Of a stretch of 64,000 nucleotides of DNA, positions 43,032-52,425 are shown piece after piece (within the stretch, counting starts at the first letter, position 1; each line of letters begins with the position of its first letter). The position numbers and the translations under genes are program-made. The stretch is from Eubacteriales bacterium (GTDB lineage: Bacteria; Bacillota; Clostridia; Lachnospirales; JAVBJQ01), in contig JAVBJQ010000041.1 in assembly GCA_031546905.1 (NCBI GenBank), positions 39,102 through 103,101 on the forward strand, read 5' to 3'. The notes beneath the pieces are model-generated. The model did not search any database and was not told the origin of the DNA. It saw only the letters and a list, made by a program, of their open reading frames with translations.

Positions 43032-44225
43032 CTACTTCGTTGAAAGGGAATTAGTATCAAAAGTCATGGCTAAGTTATTATTTAGCCCCTTTGAAAATAA
43101 AAATTGAAAAAGATCAAGTCCCCCCAATCTAAAATTAGAAGCACACGCTTTTAAATACAATTCCCACATTCTTGCAAACCTTCTTCCATATTTTTGTTCA
43201 ACAAAATCCCAATGTACCTTGTAGTTCTCATACCAATAGTCTAATGTACGAGCGTAATGGAGGCGTAAACTTTCTGTATGAAGTACATGAAAATCAAATT
43301 CTGGTAGAGCATCTGCAATTTCTCTAAAAGAAGGGATATATCCACCTGGAAAAATATATTTTTCAATCCAAGAATTTGACCGACCCTCTGTATGTCCTGA
43401 AATTGTGTGTAACAAAGAAAGTCCCCCAGGTTTAAGTAGTTCTTCCACTTTTTTCATATATTTTTTTTGATTTGCTTTTCCAACGTGTTCATACATACCA
43501 ACACTAACGATTTTATCGAATTGGTATTCATTAGGGTTTAAGTCAAGGTAATCCTGCAACTTTATTTCAATTTTATCACTTAACCCTAATTTTGCAATTC
43601 GTTCTACATCACTATGATATTGCTCCTCACTAATTGTAATACCACACGCTTTGACTCCATAATTTTGTACCGCCCGAATGAGAAGCCAGCCCCAACCACA
43701 ACCAATATCCAATAAATGTTCTCCTTGTTTTAATTGAAGCTTTTTTAAAATGTGGTCTATTTTATTAATTTGCGCCTCATACAAAGGATCTGTATTTTGT
43801 CTAAAATAAGCACAAGAATAACTCATGGTTTCATCTAACCACAAAGAGAAAAAATCATTTCCTAAATCATAGTGATGATGGATATTTTCTTTTTGTTTCG
43901 ATTTAATCATTGTATTGTTAAGCAACTTTGCTGTCGTATTCATTAATTTGTTTTTATTCGAAAACAAATGGTAGTTTTTCCTTACTAACTTCATGACATC
44001 ATCTAGGTTTCCATCAAAGTCAATGTAATCATCCATATAGGCTTCTCCAAATGCAAGCATTGGATCTGATAAATCGAAATTTTTAAAAGGCTGCTTTAAT
44101 ATAATTTTAATGGTTGGCTCATCACTTCCATACCTGACTACCGCTCCGTCCCAATACATCACTTCAAAATTACAATCTTTCAATTTTTGTAAAAATAGAT
44201 GCAACCATTTCTTTTCCATTTTCAT
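43032..44225 (-). CDS. cfa: cyclopropane-fatty-acyl-phospholipid synthase
   Basis: 397 aa. HYDLGNDFFSLWLD.., SAM-binding motif LLDIGCGWG, and YIFPGGYIPS motifs. Confidence 0.93.
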   Translation of the reverse strand: MKMEKKWLHLFLQKLKDCNFEVMYWDGAVVRYGSDEPTIKIILKQPFKNFDLSDPMLAFGEAYMDDYIDFDGNLDDVMKLVRKNYHLFSNKNKLMNTTAKLLNNTMIKSKQKENIHHHYDLGNDFFSLWLDETMSYSCAYFRQNTDPLYEAQINKIDHILKKLQLKQGEHLLDIGCGWGWLLIRAVQNYGVKACGITISEEQYHSDVERIAKLGLSDKIEIKLQDYLDLNPNEYQFDKIVSVGMYEHVGKANQKKYMKKVEELLKPGGLSLLHTISGHTEGRSNSWIEKYIFPGGYIPSFREIADALPEFDFHVLHTESLRLHYARTLDYWYENYKVHWDFVEQKYGRRFARMWELYLKACASNFRLGGLDLFQFLFSKGLNNNLAMTFDTNSLSTK

Positions 44226-44426
44226 CCTCCCGTGTACTTTGTCCTATTTATTTTTTTTATTTTATTGTGATTTTATTATTTACCAAAAAAATACTATTTA
44301 TAATTTTTTTGAAAGGATATGTCTGATTTTTAAATTTTCCTTTTTTCACAACGTACAAAAAGCGATCAGATTGCATAGTTTATATCATCATGTGATTAGT
44401 GTAATGTAACAAATAGACATGGAGGT

Positions 44427-44924
44427 ATGAATATGGTAAATTTTAAATCTTTTTATGGAACAGTAAGTATGATTAGTGATTTTATGATAGATTTAACTGG
44501 AAAAGGCGAAGCATGTTACAAATTAATTTCTGTTAATGACGGATACGAAACGTTAATAAACTTCGTAGTCTCACCTACCACTTATTTCGTGGATCAAGAG
44601 ATTGTCTCAGTGGGAGATCGTGTAACTGGATATTATGATGGAGATGCTCCAGTGCCCCTTATTTATCCACCACAATATCAGGCACTTATTATGGTAAAGG
44701 ATAATCAACACCAAAATGTAAAAGTAGATTTTTTTGATAGCCAGTTGATAAGTAGTGATGGTCAATTACAATTAAATATTTCTCCCTATACTCAAATCCT
44801 ATTGACAAACGGGCAAATTTTTACTGGAAATCCTGCAAACCGAGATTTAATTGTTCTCTATGGTGCTACTACAAGGAGTATTCCTGCCCAAACATCACCT
44901 TATAAAGTAATCGTTTGGTGTTAG
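44427..44924 (+). CDS. hypothetical protein
   Basis: 165-aa ORF with a GGAGG SD. No recognised motif. Confidence 0.5.
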   Translation: MNMVNFKSFYGTVSMISDFMIDLTGKGEACYKLISVNDGYETLINFVVSPTTYFVDQEIVSVGDRVTGYYDGDAPVPLIYPPQYQALIMVKDNQHQNVKVDFFDSQLISSDGQLQLNISPYTQILLTNGQIFTGNPANRDLIVLYGATTRSIPAQTSPYKVIVWC

Positions 44925-44954
44925 GGGTTTTCATGAAAAAATATAGCACATACA

Positions 44955-44986
44955 AAAGACCACTGATTTGTTCAGCGGTCTTTTTG
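44955..44986 (+). terminator. rho-independent terminator
   Basis: GACCACTGA / TCAGCGGTC stem (one mismatch) followed by TTTTT. Confidence 0.6.
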
Positions 44987-45018
44987 GTATGTTCAGTCCT
45001 TTTTAATCTGCATTTCTT

Positions 45019-46545
45019 TTATAATTCTCGATAAATATTTAACCGCTGTACAAAGCTCTCCTGTTCAAAATAAGAGTTAAGTGTCACACAATCATATTTT
45101 TGGATAATATTTTGCACAATAGTAAGCCCTTTGCCCCGTTCTATTCCTTTGGAAGAAGACCCCGCTTTAATTCCAATTTGCTTGGTGGAAGCGGATACAT
45201 TGTTTTTGATTATATACGACAACACATCGTTGTTTTGAGAAATTTTTAAGTCTATCATTCCATTTTCAACGCTCACACATTCCTCAATGCCGTTGTCTAG
45301 CAAAATTCCTAAAACCCGAATTAAATCTGTAAAATCCATGCCCACCGCTTGTTTATTTCCTTTAAAGTCAAAATAAAAATCAATTTCAACCCCTGCTTTT
45401 AGTGCCTGAAAAATTTTGTAGTATAAAAAAGCCCTGAACTGTTCGTTATGAATAGCCAATAGTTTTCCGTATAAGTCATTTTTTCTAATTTCATCAGATG
45501 CAAAAGGATATATTTTAGATTGATAAAATAGCTTCATGTCTTCATTGTCACTTTGCTCCACAAACTGCCCCATTGTAAAAAATATATTTTTTATATCGTG
45601 CTTAATACTTTTTATGCTGTTCAAGTTTTCTTCAAGATCAGCTCCATATATGATTAAACTTTGATTTTCCATTTCTTTGTTGAAAAGGTTTTCTTTTAAA
45701 TGAGCCACACGAAACAAAAGTGTAAGGTACAGCAATTGAATGACCAAAGCTAACATACAGAAAATCGTCAGCAACTGAGACACTTGATATGTAAAACCAT
45801 ATTTTATCATGTACACAAGGTGAATCATGGCTATGGCCAGCAATATACCCATTGATACATAAATAAACCGCTTTTCAATAGCTGGATAGCCCTTTCCCAT
45901 TTGATTGATTTCATAAAAATATTGGTTAAAACGTTTTTTCAGTGCGTAGACCAACCCCAAATTTATGACAATCAAACCGCTGGCTGTTAATAACCATACA
46001 ATAATTTTTGTAGGTGCAGAATGAATGGAAGAAGAAGCTACTCTTAAACTATTAAAAATATGTTCAAAAATATATCCTTCCAAAGTAGCCATCATAAAGG
46101 CAAACCAAACATTAAAAATATTCCCTCGAATGGTTTTAAGACGAACGAAGCTAATTCCCATAATAGAAATAAATAAAATAAGAATATAAAGGGTTCTTCC
46201 AAAAAAATATTCGTTAAGCATGACTATTCTGTCGGCAATAAGGAATACAGCAAAGAGGATAGAATAATCTAACATGGTAAGTTTGATAAAACTTAGTATC
46301 AACACAACAGAAATCGTCACCATACCAAGTACCAACTGAGCCATAAAAACACTACCTGTGGATTGTGTAAATATATATCCTGTGGCGCCAATGATAATGA
46401 CAACGGAAGCAATTGTATCGTAGATTTTATTGTTTACTTTCCCACTTACAAATTCTAAAAAAAGAAAGCAGATAGAAAAAAACAGCATCGTCCCTAATCC
46501 CATTAAAAATAAAGTAGTGAAATATGGCAACATACCTTGGTTCAT
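45019..46545 (-). CDS. AgrC-like (HPK10) GHKL sensor histidine kinase with polytopic N-terminal sensor
   Basis: 508 aa. About 290 aa of TM helices, then the H-box IKHDIKN and N-box VLGILLDNGIEE, with a GKGLTIV G-box. Confidence 0.85.
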   Translation of the reverse strand: MNQGMLPYFTTLFLMGLGTMLFFSICFLFLEFVSGKVNNKIYDTIASVVIIIGATGYIFTQSTGSVFMAQLVLGMVTISVVLILSFIKLTMLDYSILFAVFLIADRIVMLNEYFFGRTLYILILFISIMGISFVRLKTIRGNIFNVWFAFMMATLEGYIFEHIFNSLRVASSSIHSAPTKIIVWLLTASGLIVINLGLVYALKKRFNQYFYEINQMGKGYPAIEKRFIYVSMGILLAIAMIHLVYMIKYGFTYQVSQLLTIFCMLALVIQLLYLTLLFRVAHLKENLFNKEMENQSLIIYGADLEENLNSIKSIKHDIKNIFFTMGQFVEQSDNEDMKLFYQSKIYPFASDEIRKNDLYGKLLAIHNEQFRAFLYYKIFQALKAGVEIDFYFDFKGNKQAVGMDFTDLIRVLGILLDNGIEECVSVENGMIDLKISQNNDVLSYIIKNNVSASTKQIGIKAGSSSKGIERGKGLTIVQNIIQKYDCVTLNSYFEQESFVQRLNIYREL

Positions 46546-46569
46546 GAAAAAAACCTCCTATTCAGTGTA

Positions 46570-47325
46570 TTACTGCAAACATTTTTTGATAATGTCGCTC
46601 TTTAATCGAAAAGAACAAGCTACGGTATCTCCATTCGAAAACTTTACCAGGCCGTCTGCTACTGCAATCACATAATTTTTGTTAATAATAACCGAACGGT
46701 GACTTTTCATAAAATCACTGCCTAAAACCTGAAGTACATTTTCAATCGTATCCCTTACAGAAATCTGTGAACCATCTACGGTATGATAGCAAACAAAATG
46801 AGAAATGGTTTTTGTAGATTCTACATATAAAATATTTTGTATGGGTACTTCAATATATTCGTCAATGCCAACAGGCAATTGTATTGTTTTTTCATTCGTC
46901 TGCAACTTATCTTTTGTCACCAAATTTTGTCCCAGTGCAAGCAGAATATATTTCTTGTACTCCATAAGCATTTTTCCCGCTACAAGTGACTTTTCAATAA
47001 AGCCAAAAGCTTCAACACCACTTTTTAAAATTTCCATCCCCATATCTCCATGGCTTGTTACAAATACAATTTTGGATAAGGGTTCTGCCTTTTTGATTGT
47101 TTTTGCAATATCTATGCCATTAAATGCTTCTTTCCCAAAATCCAAATCTAAAAAGTACAAGTAAGTACCTTTATTTTTTTTAAAGTACTGAAGGACTTCA
47201 TTAAAATTGGTGGTAAAACAAGCAATCTCTGCATCAAATTTATTTTTCACAATACATTCCTGTACCAGTTTCATGGACATTTCCATCATAAATTTATCAT
47301 CATCACATACGATAATCCCAAGCAT
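46570..47325 (-). CDS. LytTR-family response regulator (AgrA-like)
   Basis: 251 aa. Receiver domain (IIVCDDD..YLYFLDLDF..) plus a C-terminal LytTR DNA-binding domain (ILYVES..SHRSVIINKNYV). Confidence 0.9.
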   Translation of the reverse strand: MLGIIVCDDDKFMMEMSMKLVQECIVKNKFDAEIACFTTNFNEVLQYFKKNKGTYLYFLDLDFGKEAFNGIDIAKTIKKAEPLSKIVFVTSHGDMGMEILKSGVEAFGFIEKSLVAGKMLMEYKKYILLALGQNLVTKDKLQTNEKTIQLPVGIDEYIEVPIQNILYVESTKTISHFVCYHTVDGSQISVRDTIENVLQVLGSDFMKSHRSVIINKNYVIAVADGLVKFSNGDTVACSFRLKSDIIKKCLQ

Positions 47326-47446
47326 ACGTCACCTCTTTAGTGCAATTTAAAAATTAAAAATAAGTTTTTATAAAACACTTTTATTATAGAATATTTTACC
47401 AAATAAAGAAATATAAAACTTCTATTTGTCCCAAACGTCACCGTTT

Positions 47447-47491
47447 TGCCCTAAACGTAAAATAAGTATTACGTTTAGGGCAGTTTTTTTT
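47447..47491 (+). promoter_or_regulatory. terminator-like hairpin in leader of ABC operon (possible attenuator or operator)
   Basis: Perfect 12-bp stem TGCCCTAAACGT / ACGTTTAGGGCA with a 12-nt loop and T8 tract, about 100 nt upstream of the SBP start. A near-copy of the left arm (CCCAAACGT) lies at 47430-47438. Confidence 0.5.
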
Positions 47492-47589
47492 CATTGAGGC
47501 TAAAAAACACTATTCCTTCAAAAAATTGTGTAAAGTGTTTTTAAAGTCTTAGGTCAACAGCCTATCAAAAATGTAAAGGAGCGTTTAAA

Positions 47590-48927
47590 ATGCAAAAGTC
47601 AGATTCATTATTTTTCAAATTTTCATTTGCAATGGGAGGTATCTTATTATTTCTTTTTCTCATCACCATGACGGCAGGTTGTTCCAACACAAAACAGGAA
47701 GCCAATCAACAAACAGCATTGCAAAAAGACCTTAACATATCCATTTGCTTTGACAGTCAATTTTTGCAGTTGGCAGTAAAAAAATATCAAAAGGCACACC
47801 AAGACGTTTCCATTCATTTAAATCCATTGGCGACAGATGGCGACAGGGATCAATATGCACAAGTTATTAATACCAGCATCATGAGTGGAAAAGCAGATGA
47901 CATTATTGATGTTTCCCCTCTCTCCTTTTGGAAATTAGCAGATAAAAATATGTTGGTAGACTTAGATGAATTTCTGGGCAAAGACCTAGCCAGTGAAAAT
48001 TATTTCACCGATGTACTAGATGCGTACCGCTACAAAGGGAAACAATATACACTCCCCCTATCCTTTGTCATTGAAGCCTATCAAATGGATGAGCGCGTAT
48101 CAAAGGCTTTAGGCATTACAAAAATTCCATCCCATTTAACCCTTGATGACTTACTTTCATTCTCACAACCTATGCCAAAAGACGGTAAAAATATGTTGTT
48201 TGACAATAGTGCTGCTGGTATGAGTGATGTAACCCTTGCCTATAGACTCTTTAGCCTAGACATGAAAAAATATGTTGATTTAGAAAACAAAAAAGTAAAT
48301 TTTAACAATGAGGATTTTATTTCCTTATTGGAAAAGGTAAAAAGTTTAAATGAAAAAAAGCAAATGGCAACAGAAAAAGGATATAAAAATAAAGAATTAT
48401 TTTATACCAGCGACACCCAGAGCCTTTTGCATATTTATAATTTGTATTCTCCTGCCATGTGCCAAAGCGGGACAGTAGCATATAGCAATCTTATTCCGTT
48501 GACCAACCAAGAAGGATTTAGTACACTCAGCAACACTGAATTCATGCCTGCTATAAGCCAAAACAGCAAAAACAAAGAACTAGCGGCTGATTTTATAAAA
48601 TTTCTACTATCCCAAGAAATGCAAACCTCCCCTGAGTTGTTATATTGTCCTGTTAATAAAAATGCTGTTGCTGTAGCATCTCAATTTATTTATGAAGATT
48701 CAAAAGCAGGAGGATATCTTCCAGCTGGTTTTGATGAGACCACCTTACAACAAAATATTGAAAAACATAATGAGTTAGCTAAAGTCAGTACGATGCTAGA
48801 TTATTTTGACCGAAACATACGAAACTTTGTCATGGCAGAAATGACACATTATTTTGCAGGAGAAGAAAGTGCGGAACAGTCCGCAAAAAATCTTGAAACA
48901 AAAATCAATACATACTTAAAGGAATGA
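47590..48927 (+). CDS. ABC transporter extracellular solute-binding lipoprotein
   Basis: 445 aa. Signal peptide with lipobox LITMTAGC. Size and context (two MalFG-type permeases downstream) fit a family-1 SBP. Confidence 0.8.
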   Translation: MQKSDSLFFKFSFAMGGILLFLFLITMTAGCSNTKQEANQQTALQKDLNISICFDSQFLQLAVKKYQKAHQDVSIHLNPLATDGDRDQYAQVINTSIMSGKADDIIDVSPLSFWKLADKNMLVDLDEFLGKDLASENYFTDVLDAYRYKGKQYTLPLSFVIEAYQMDERVSKALGITKIPSHLTLDDLLSFSQPMPKDGKNMLFDNSAAGMSDVTLAYRLFSLDMKKYVDLENKKVNFNNEDFISLLEKVKSLNEKKQMATEKGYKNKELFYTSDTQSLLHIYNLYSPAMCQSGTVAYSNLIPLTNQEGFSTLSNTEFMPAISQNSKNKELAADFIKFLLSQEMQTSPELLYCPVNKNAVAVASQFIYEDSKAGGYLPAGFDETTLQQNIEKHNELAKVSTMLDYFDRNIRNFVMAEMTHYFAGEESAEQSAKNLETKINTYLKE

Positions 48928-49772
48928 CTCCCATGAATAAAAAAGAAAATAGAATTGCCTTATTATTTATCCTACCCAGTTTAATTGGATTTTTAATATT
49001 TTACATACTGCCCTTTGTTTTTTCAACGAAATATGCTTTGACTGATAACGCTATAAACGGCTCATTTGTGGGATTTTTAAATTTTAAAACGCTGTTTGCA
49101 AGTGAGCCATTTCTTCTAGCAGTTGGCAATACCATCAAGTTTATTGCTGTCAGCATACCACTTAATATTGTTATTCCACTTTTTATTGCTTGTTTGTTGC
49201 GTACCCTAACCAAAAACAAATGGATTGGAACCATCTTTATGTCTCCTTTGGTTGTACCTACTGCTTGCATCGCTTTTTTCTTTCAAAGTCTATTTAGCGG
49301 AAATGGGCTGTTCAGTCAGGTTTTACATACCAACCAAAATTGGATTCAGACAGACCATTCGTTTATCATTGCCGTTGGAATTTATGTGTGGAAAAATATG
49401 GGCTACAACTTAATTTTAATGATGGCAGGACTTTCTGATATGCCAAAAGATTATTACGAATGGGCAAGTGTGGAGGGGATGGGAAAAATACAATTTTTCT
49501 TTACCATTACATTGACTTACTTAATACCCACATTATTTATTGCTTTTGTGATGTCTTTTATCAATTCATTTAAAGTTTTTAAAGAGATTTATATGCTTTC
49601 GGGAAGCTATCCCAATGAAAAAATATATATGCTCCAACATTATATGAATAATCAGTTTTCATCACTAAACTACCAAAACCTAACAGCTGCACCCTTTGTC
49701 ATAACGGCAGTCATTACCATTGTTGTCATCTTATTTTTCATCATTGATAAAAAAACAGAGCTAGGGGAGTGA
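48924..49772 (+). CDS. carbohydrate-type ABC transporter permease (MalF-like)
   Basis: 282 aa, 6 TM. N-terminal LLFILPSLIGFLIFYILPFVFS..ALTD is typical of CUT1 permeases. Confidence 0.88.
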   Translation: MTPMNKKENRIALLFILPSLIGFLIFYILPFVFSTKYALTDNAINGSFVGFLNFKTLFASEPFLLAVGNTIKFIAVSIPLNIVIPLFIACLLRTLTKNKWIGTIFMSPLVVPTACIAFFFQSLFSGNGLFSQVLHTNQNWIQTDHSFIIAVGIYVWKNMGYNLILMMAGLSDMPKDYYEWASVEGMGKIQFFFTITLTYLIPTLFIAFVMSFINSFKVFKEIYMLSGSYPNEKIYMLQHYMNNQFSSLNYQNLTAAPFVITAVITIVVILFFIIDKKTELGE

Positions 49773-50653
49773 GATATTTGTTTCTGCTAAAAAAGTTAAT
49801 GAGATTTCCCATTTATTTTGTGTTAGTCATACTGGCAATGATGTATGTCATCCCCCTGCTTATGATTTTTACAAATTCATTTATGTCCCAGGCAGAAATC
49901 AGCAGGCATTATTCAGACAAATATACAGCTTTTGATTATGAAAGGCGTGATGAAATTCATTATGCAGAATATAAACTGATTCCTGATAAATTTACGTTAG
50001 CACAATATGATACTTTATTATTGAAAACCCCTAAATATTTAGACCTATTTTTAAACGCCGTAAAGCTAACCTTGCCTGCTGTGTTTTTCCAAATTATTAT
50101 TGGATCTCTTTGTGCCTACGGCTTTACCATAAGTCACTTTCGATATAAAGAACTATTATTTTGCGTTTACATCATTGTAATGATTCTGCCCTATCAAGCT
50201 ACCCTTGTTCCAAATTATTTAATAGCGGAAAAAATGGGACTTCTCAATCACCATTTATCCATTATACTACCAGCCATATTCAGTCCATTTGCTGTCTTTA
50301 TCATGCGCCAAAGTATGAAGTCAATACCAAAAGATATTTTTCATGCTGCCGATATGGATGGTGCAAATCATTTCCATAAGTTTATTTACATTGCATTGCC
50401 ATTAACAAAAGGTGGTGTTGCATCATTGTTTATTTTGAGTTTTACAGAATATTGGTCCATGGTAGAGTTGCCTATGATATTACTGAGAGATGCAGACAAA
50501 GCTCCCCTATCATTATTTTTATTAAAAATCGGGCAAGACAACATGGGATTAATTTTTGCGGCGTCATTTTTTTATATGCTTCCCGTGATTTGGATTTTTC
50601 TATATGGAAATGAGTATTTTGAAGAAGGCGTTAAACTATCTGCTTTGAAGTGA
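49769..50653 (+). CDS. carbohydrate-type ABC transporter permease (MalG-like)
   Basis: 294 aa, 6 TM, with the EAA-loop region FHAADMDGANHFHKFIYIALPL. TTG at 49778 is better spaced from the GGGGAG SD than GTG at 49769. Confidence 0.88.
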   Translation: MRYLFLLKKLMRFPIYFVLVILAMMYVIPLLMIFTNSFMSQAEISRHYSDKYTAFDYERRDEIHYAEYKLIPDKFTLAQYDTLLLKTPKYLDLFLNAVKLTLPAVFFQIIIGSLCAYGFTISHFRYKELLFCVYIIVMILPYQATLVPNYLIAEKMGLLNHHLSIILPAIFSPFAVFIMRQSMKSIPKDIFHAADMDGANHFHKFIYIALPLTKGGVASLFILSFTEYWSMVELPMILLRDADKAPLSLFLLKIGQDNMGLIFAASFFYMLPVIWIFLYGNEYFEEGVKLSALK

Positions 50654-50666
50654 GGAGAGAATAAAA

Positions 50667-52031
50667 TTGAAACTTAATAAAAAGAAAATGTTAAACATTT
50701 TGTATGTATATATTTCCATTATATTGGTGTTGGTTTTTTTCTCTAAGACAATCTATACTTTTTCTCTCCCCAAAGTCTCTGTTGCCATACCTACAAGTGG
50801 CACACTAACAAAAGAACTTGAATCTAATGGCATTGTATCCTTTGCCGAAACAGCTGATATTTTTTCAACCGTAGATGGACAAATAAAAGAACTATATATA
50901 AAGACCGGCGATTTTATCCTAGATGGTGGGCTCATTGCAAAATGTGAAAAACAACTCTCTAACGAAGAAGATATGGATGCTGAACTTGGTTTTACAATAC
51001 AAAAAATTAAAAATGAAATTCGCAGTATCATGTTAGAAAAAACTGGTTTAGAAAGTGAAATTGAAGCCCTAAATGAAAAATCTAGCACGCCTCTTATAGA
51101 TGAAACCCTTCCTTTGGAACTACATGAAATTGAACGGCTCATCAGCCAACAGGAAGAATCCCTACATAAATCACAAGTTTTATATGAGTCTGGAACCATT
51201 CCAAAAGCTGATTATGATCAAGAAATAGAAAAACTAAACACATTAGAAAATGCAAAAGAGTCCAAGCAAAAACAAATTGAAAAGCAAGTGCAAGATAATC
51301 AACAAATCTATGGCAACAATGAAAAAATACGTCTCAATTTACAAAATCAAAAAAAAATAGCATTAGCAAAAACTACTTTGGCAATAAAAAAGGCAACTAT
51401 CGATTTGCAAGAAGCAGAATTAGCCCTTTCTAAAGCCATGAATCACCATGTGGAAGGTGGAGTAATTAAAGGAGAACAGGGTGGTATTATCACTGCTGTT
51501 GAAAAACAAAAAAATAGTTTTGTCTCCCTAGGAGAAAGAGTAGCCACAGTAGGCCTATATAACACTTCATTTGTTACAGAATTTTTATGTTCCAAGGGGG
51601 AAGGAAAATTTATTGCCACTGGTGATGAAGCATCTTTAATCATCAATGGGATGAAAGGTCAGGTAAAAGCTTTTGTATCTGAAATTAGACCAGAAGGAGA
51701 AAATCTTAGAATAAAATTGTCCTTTCAGTCTGGCTATTTCAAAGGTGGAGAGTACGTTTCTATCAAACTGTTGAAACAAACAAAAAGTTATGATGTTCTT
51801 GTTCCTAACGAAGCAATCATAAAAGAAGGATTTAACAATTATGTATGGGTAGTCCGCAGTAAGAATGGCACACTGGGAATGGAGCACTACTCTGTTAAAG
51901 TGAAAGTGTTGATTGCCGATAGTGATTTTGGCTATACTGCCATTTCAAAAGGTATGGATTTTATAGAGCCTGTTATTATTGGCAAGGACAAAGATTTGGT
52001 GTTAAATGGCAGAGTAAATCAAATGGATTAG
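50667..52031 (+). CDS. HlyD/efflux-adaptor (membrane fusion protein) family protein
   Basis: 454 aa. N-terminal TM anchor, lipoyl-like motif (STVDGQIKELYIKTGD), a long coiled-coil, and a C-terminal beta domain. GAGGAG SD before the TTG start. Confidence 0.8.
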   Translation: MKLNKKKMLNILYVYISIILVLVFFSKTIYTFSLPKVSVAIPTSGTLTKELESNGIVSFAETADIFSTVDGQIKELYIKTGDFILDGGLIAKCEKQLSNEEDMDAELGFTIQKIKNEIRSIMLEKTGLESEIEALNEKSSTPLIDETLPLELHEIERLISQQEESLHKSQVLYESGTIPKADYDQEIEKLNTLENAKESKQKQIEKQVQDNQQIYGNNEKIRLNLQNQKKIALAKTTLAIKKATIDLQEAELALSKAMNHHVEGGVIKGEQGGIITAVEKQKNSFVSLGERVATVGLYNTSFVTEFLCSKGEGKFIATGDEASLIINGMKGQVKAFVSEIRPEGENLRIKLSFQSGYFKGGEYVSIKLLKQTKSYDVLVPNEAIIKEGFNNYVWVVRSKNGTLGMEHYSVKVKVLIADSDFGYTAISKGMDFIEPVIIGKDKDLVLNGRVNQMD

Positions 52032-52084
52032 AGGGTGTCGTTACGCTATATAATAGCATTATATCAAATTTACCATTTTCAACT

Positions 52085-52112
52085 TTTACTTCCCTTAAAA
52101 ATGTGGTATACT
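52085..52112 (+). promoter_or_regulatory. candidate extended -10 promoter for small basic ORF
   Basis: TTTACT, 16 nt, TGgTATACT, read directly about 50 nt upstream of the ATG at 52161. Confidence 0.4.
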
Positions 52113-52160
52113 ATAATCGTAATCTATATTTAATTAAAACTCATGAAGGGGTGGTCGTAC

Positions 52161-52262
52161 ATGGCAAACAAGAGCCCAGAAAAAAAACAACCGAAAAAGA
52201 AAAAAGCGGAACTTCCAAAAGATGCAAAACCTGTTAAAAAAGAGAAAAAAAAATACGAGTAA
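52161..52262 (+). CDS. 33-aa lysine-rich basic protein (MANKSPEKKQPKKKKAELPKDAKPVKKEKKKYE)
   Basis: GAAGGGGTGG SD 6 nt upstream of the ATG, with its own promoter-like element and terminator. It replaces the antisense 94-aa track ORF 52134..52418, which looks like a low-complexity shadow. Confidence 0.5.
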   Translation: MANKSPEKKQPKKKKAELPKDAKPVKKEKKKYE

Positions 52263-52267
52263 TCTCA

Positions 52268-52321
52268 AAAAAGAACTTATTAACCTGAGCAATTTTATCT
52301 GGTTAAGAGTTCTTTTTTTTA
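52268..52321 (+). terminator. rho-independent terminator after small basic ORF
   Basis: GAACTTATTAACC / GGTTAAGAGTTC imperfect stem followed by a T9 run. Confidence 0.65.
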
Positions 52322-52354
52322 CTCGTTTTCTTAAACTGCTATAACAACTATCAT

Positions 52355-52405
52355 ACAAAAAGCCATGTACCATCCAGTTTAAAACGCTGAGCGATACATG
52401 GCTTT
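52355..52405 (-). terminator. terminator of vanY-like gene
   Basis: AGCCATGTA / TACATGGCT stem (long loop) followed by a U-run on the minus strand, just after the vanY-like stop. Confidence 0.5.
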
Positions 52406-52425
52406 TATTATGATTCACCTATATT

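Noticed and set aside
52134-52418. 94-aa minus-strand ORF
   Set aside because: Its Phe/Leu-rich low-complexity stretch is the antisense image of the lysine codons of the plus-strand 33-aa ORF. That plus-strand ORF has an SD, a promoter and a terminator.
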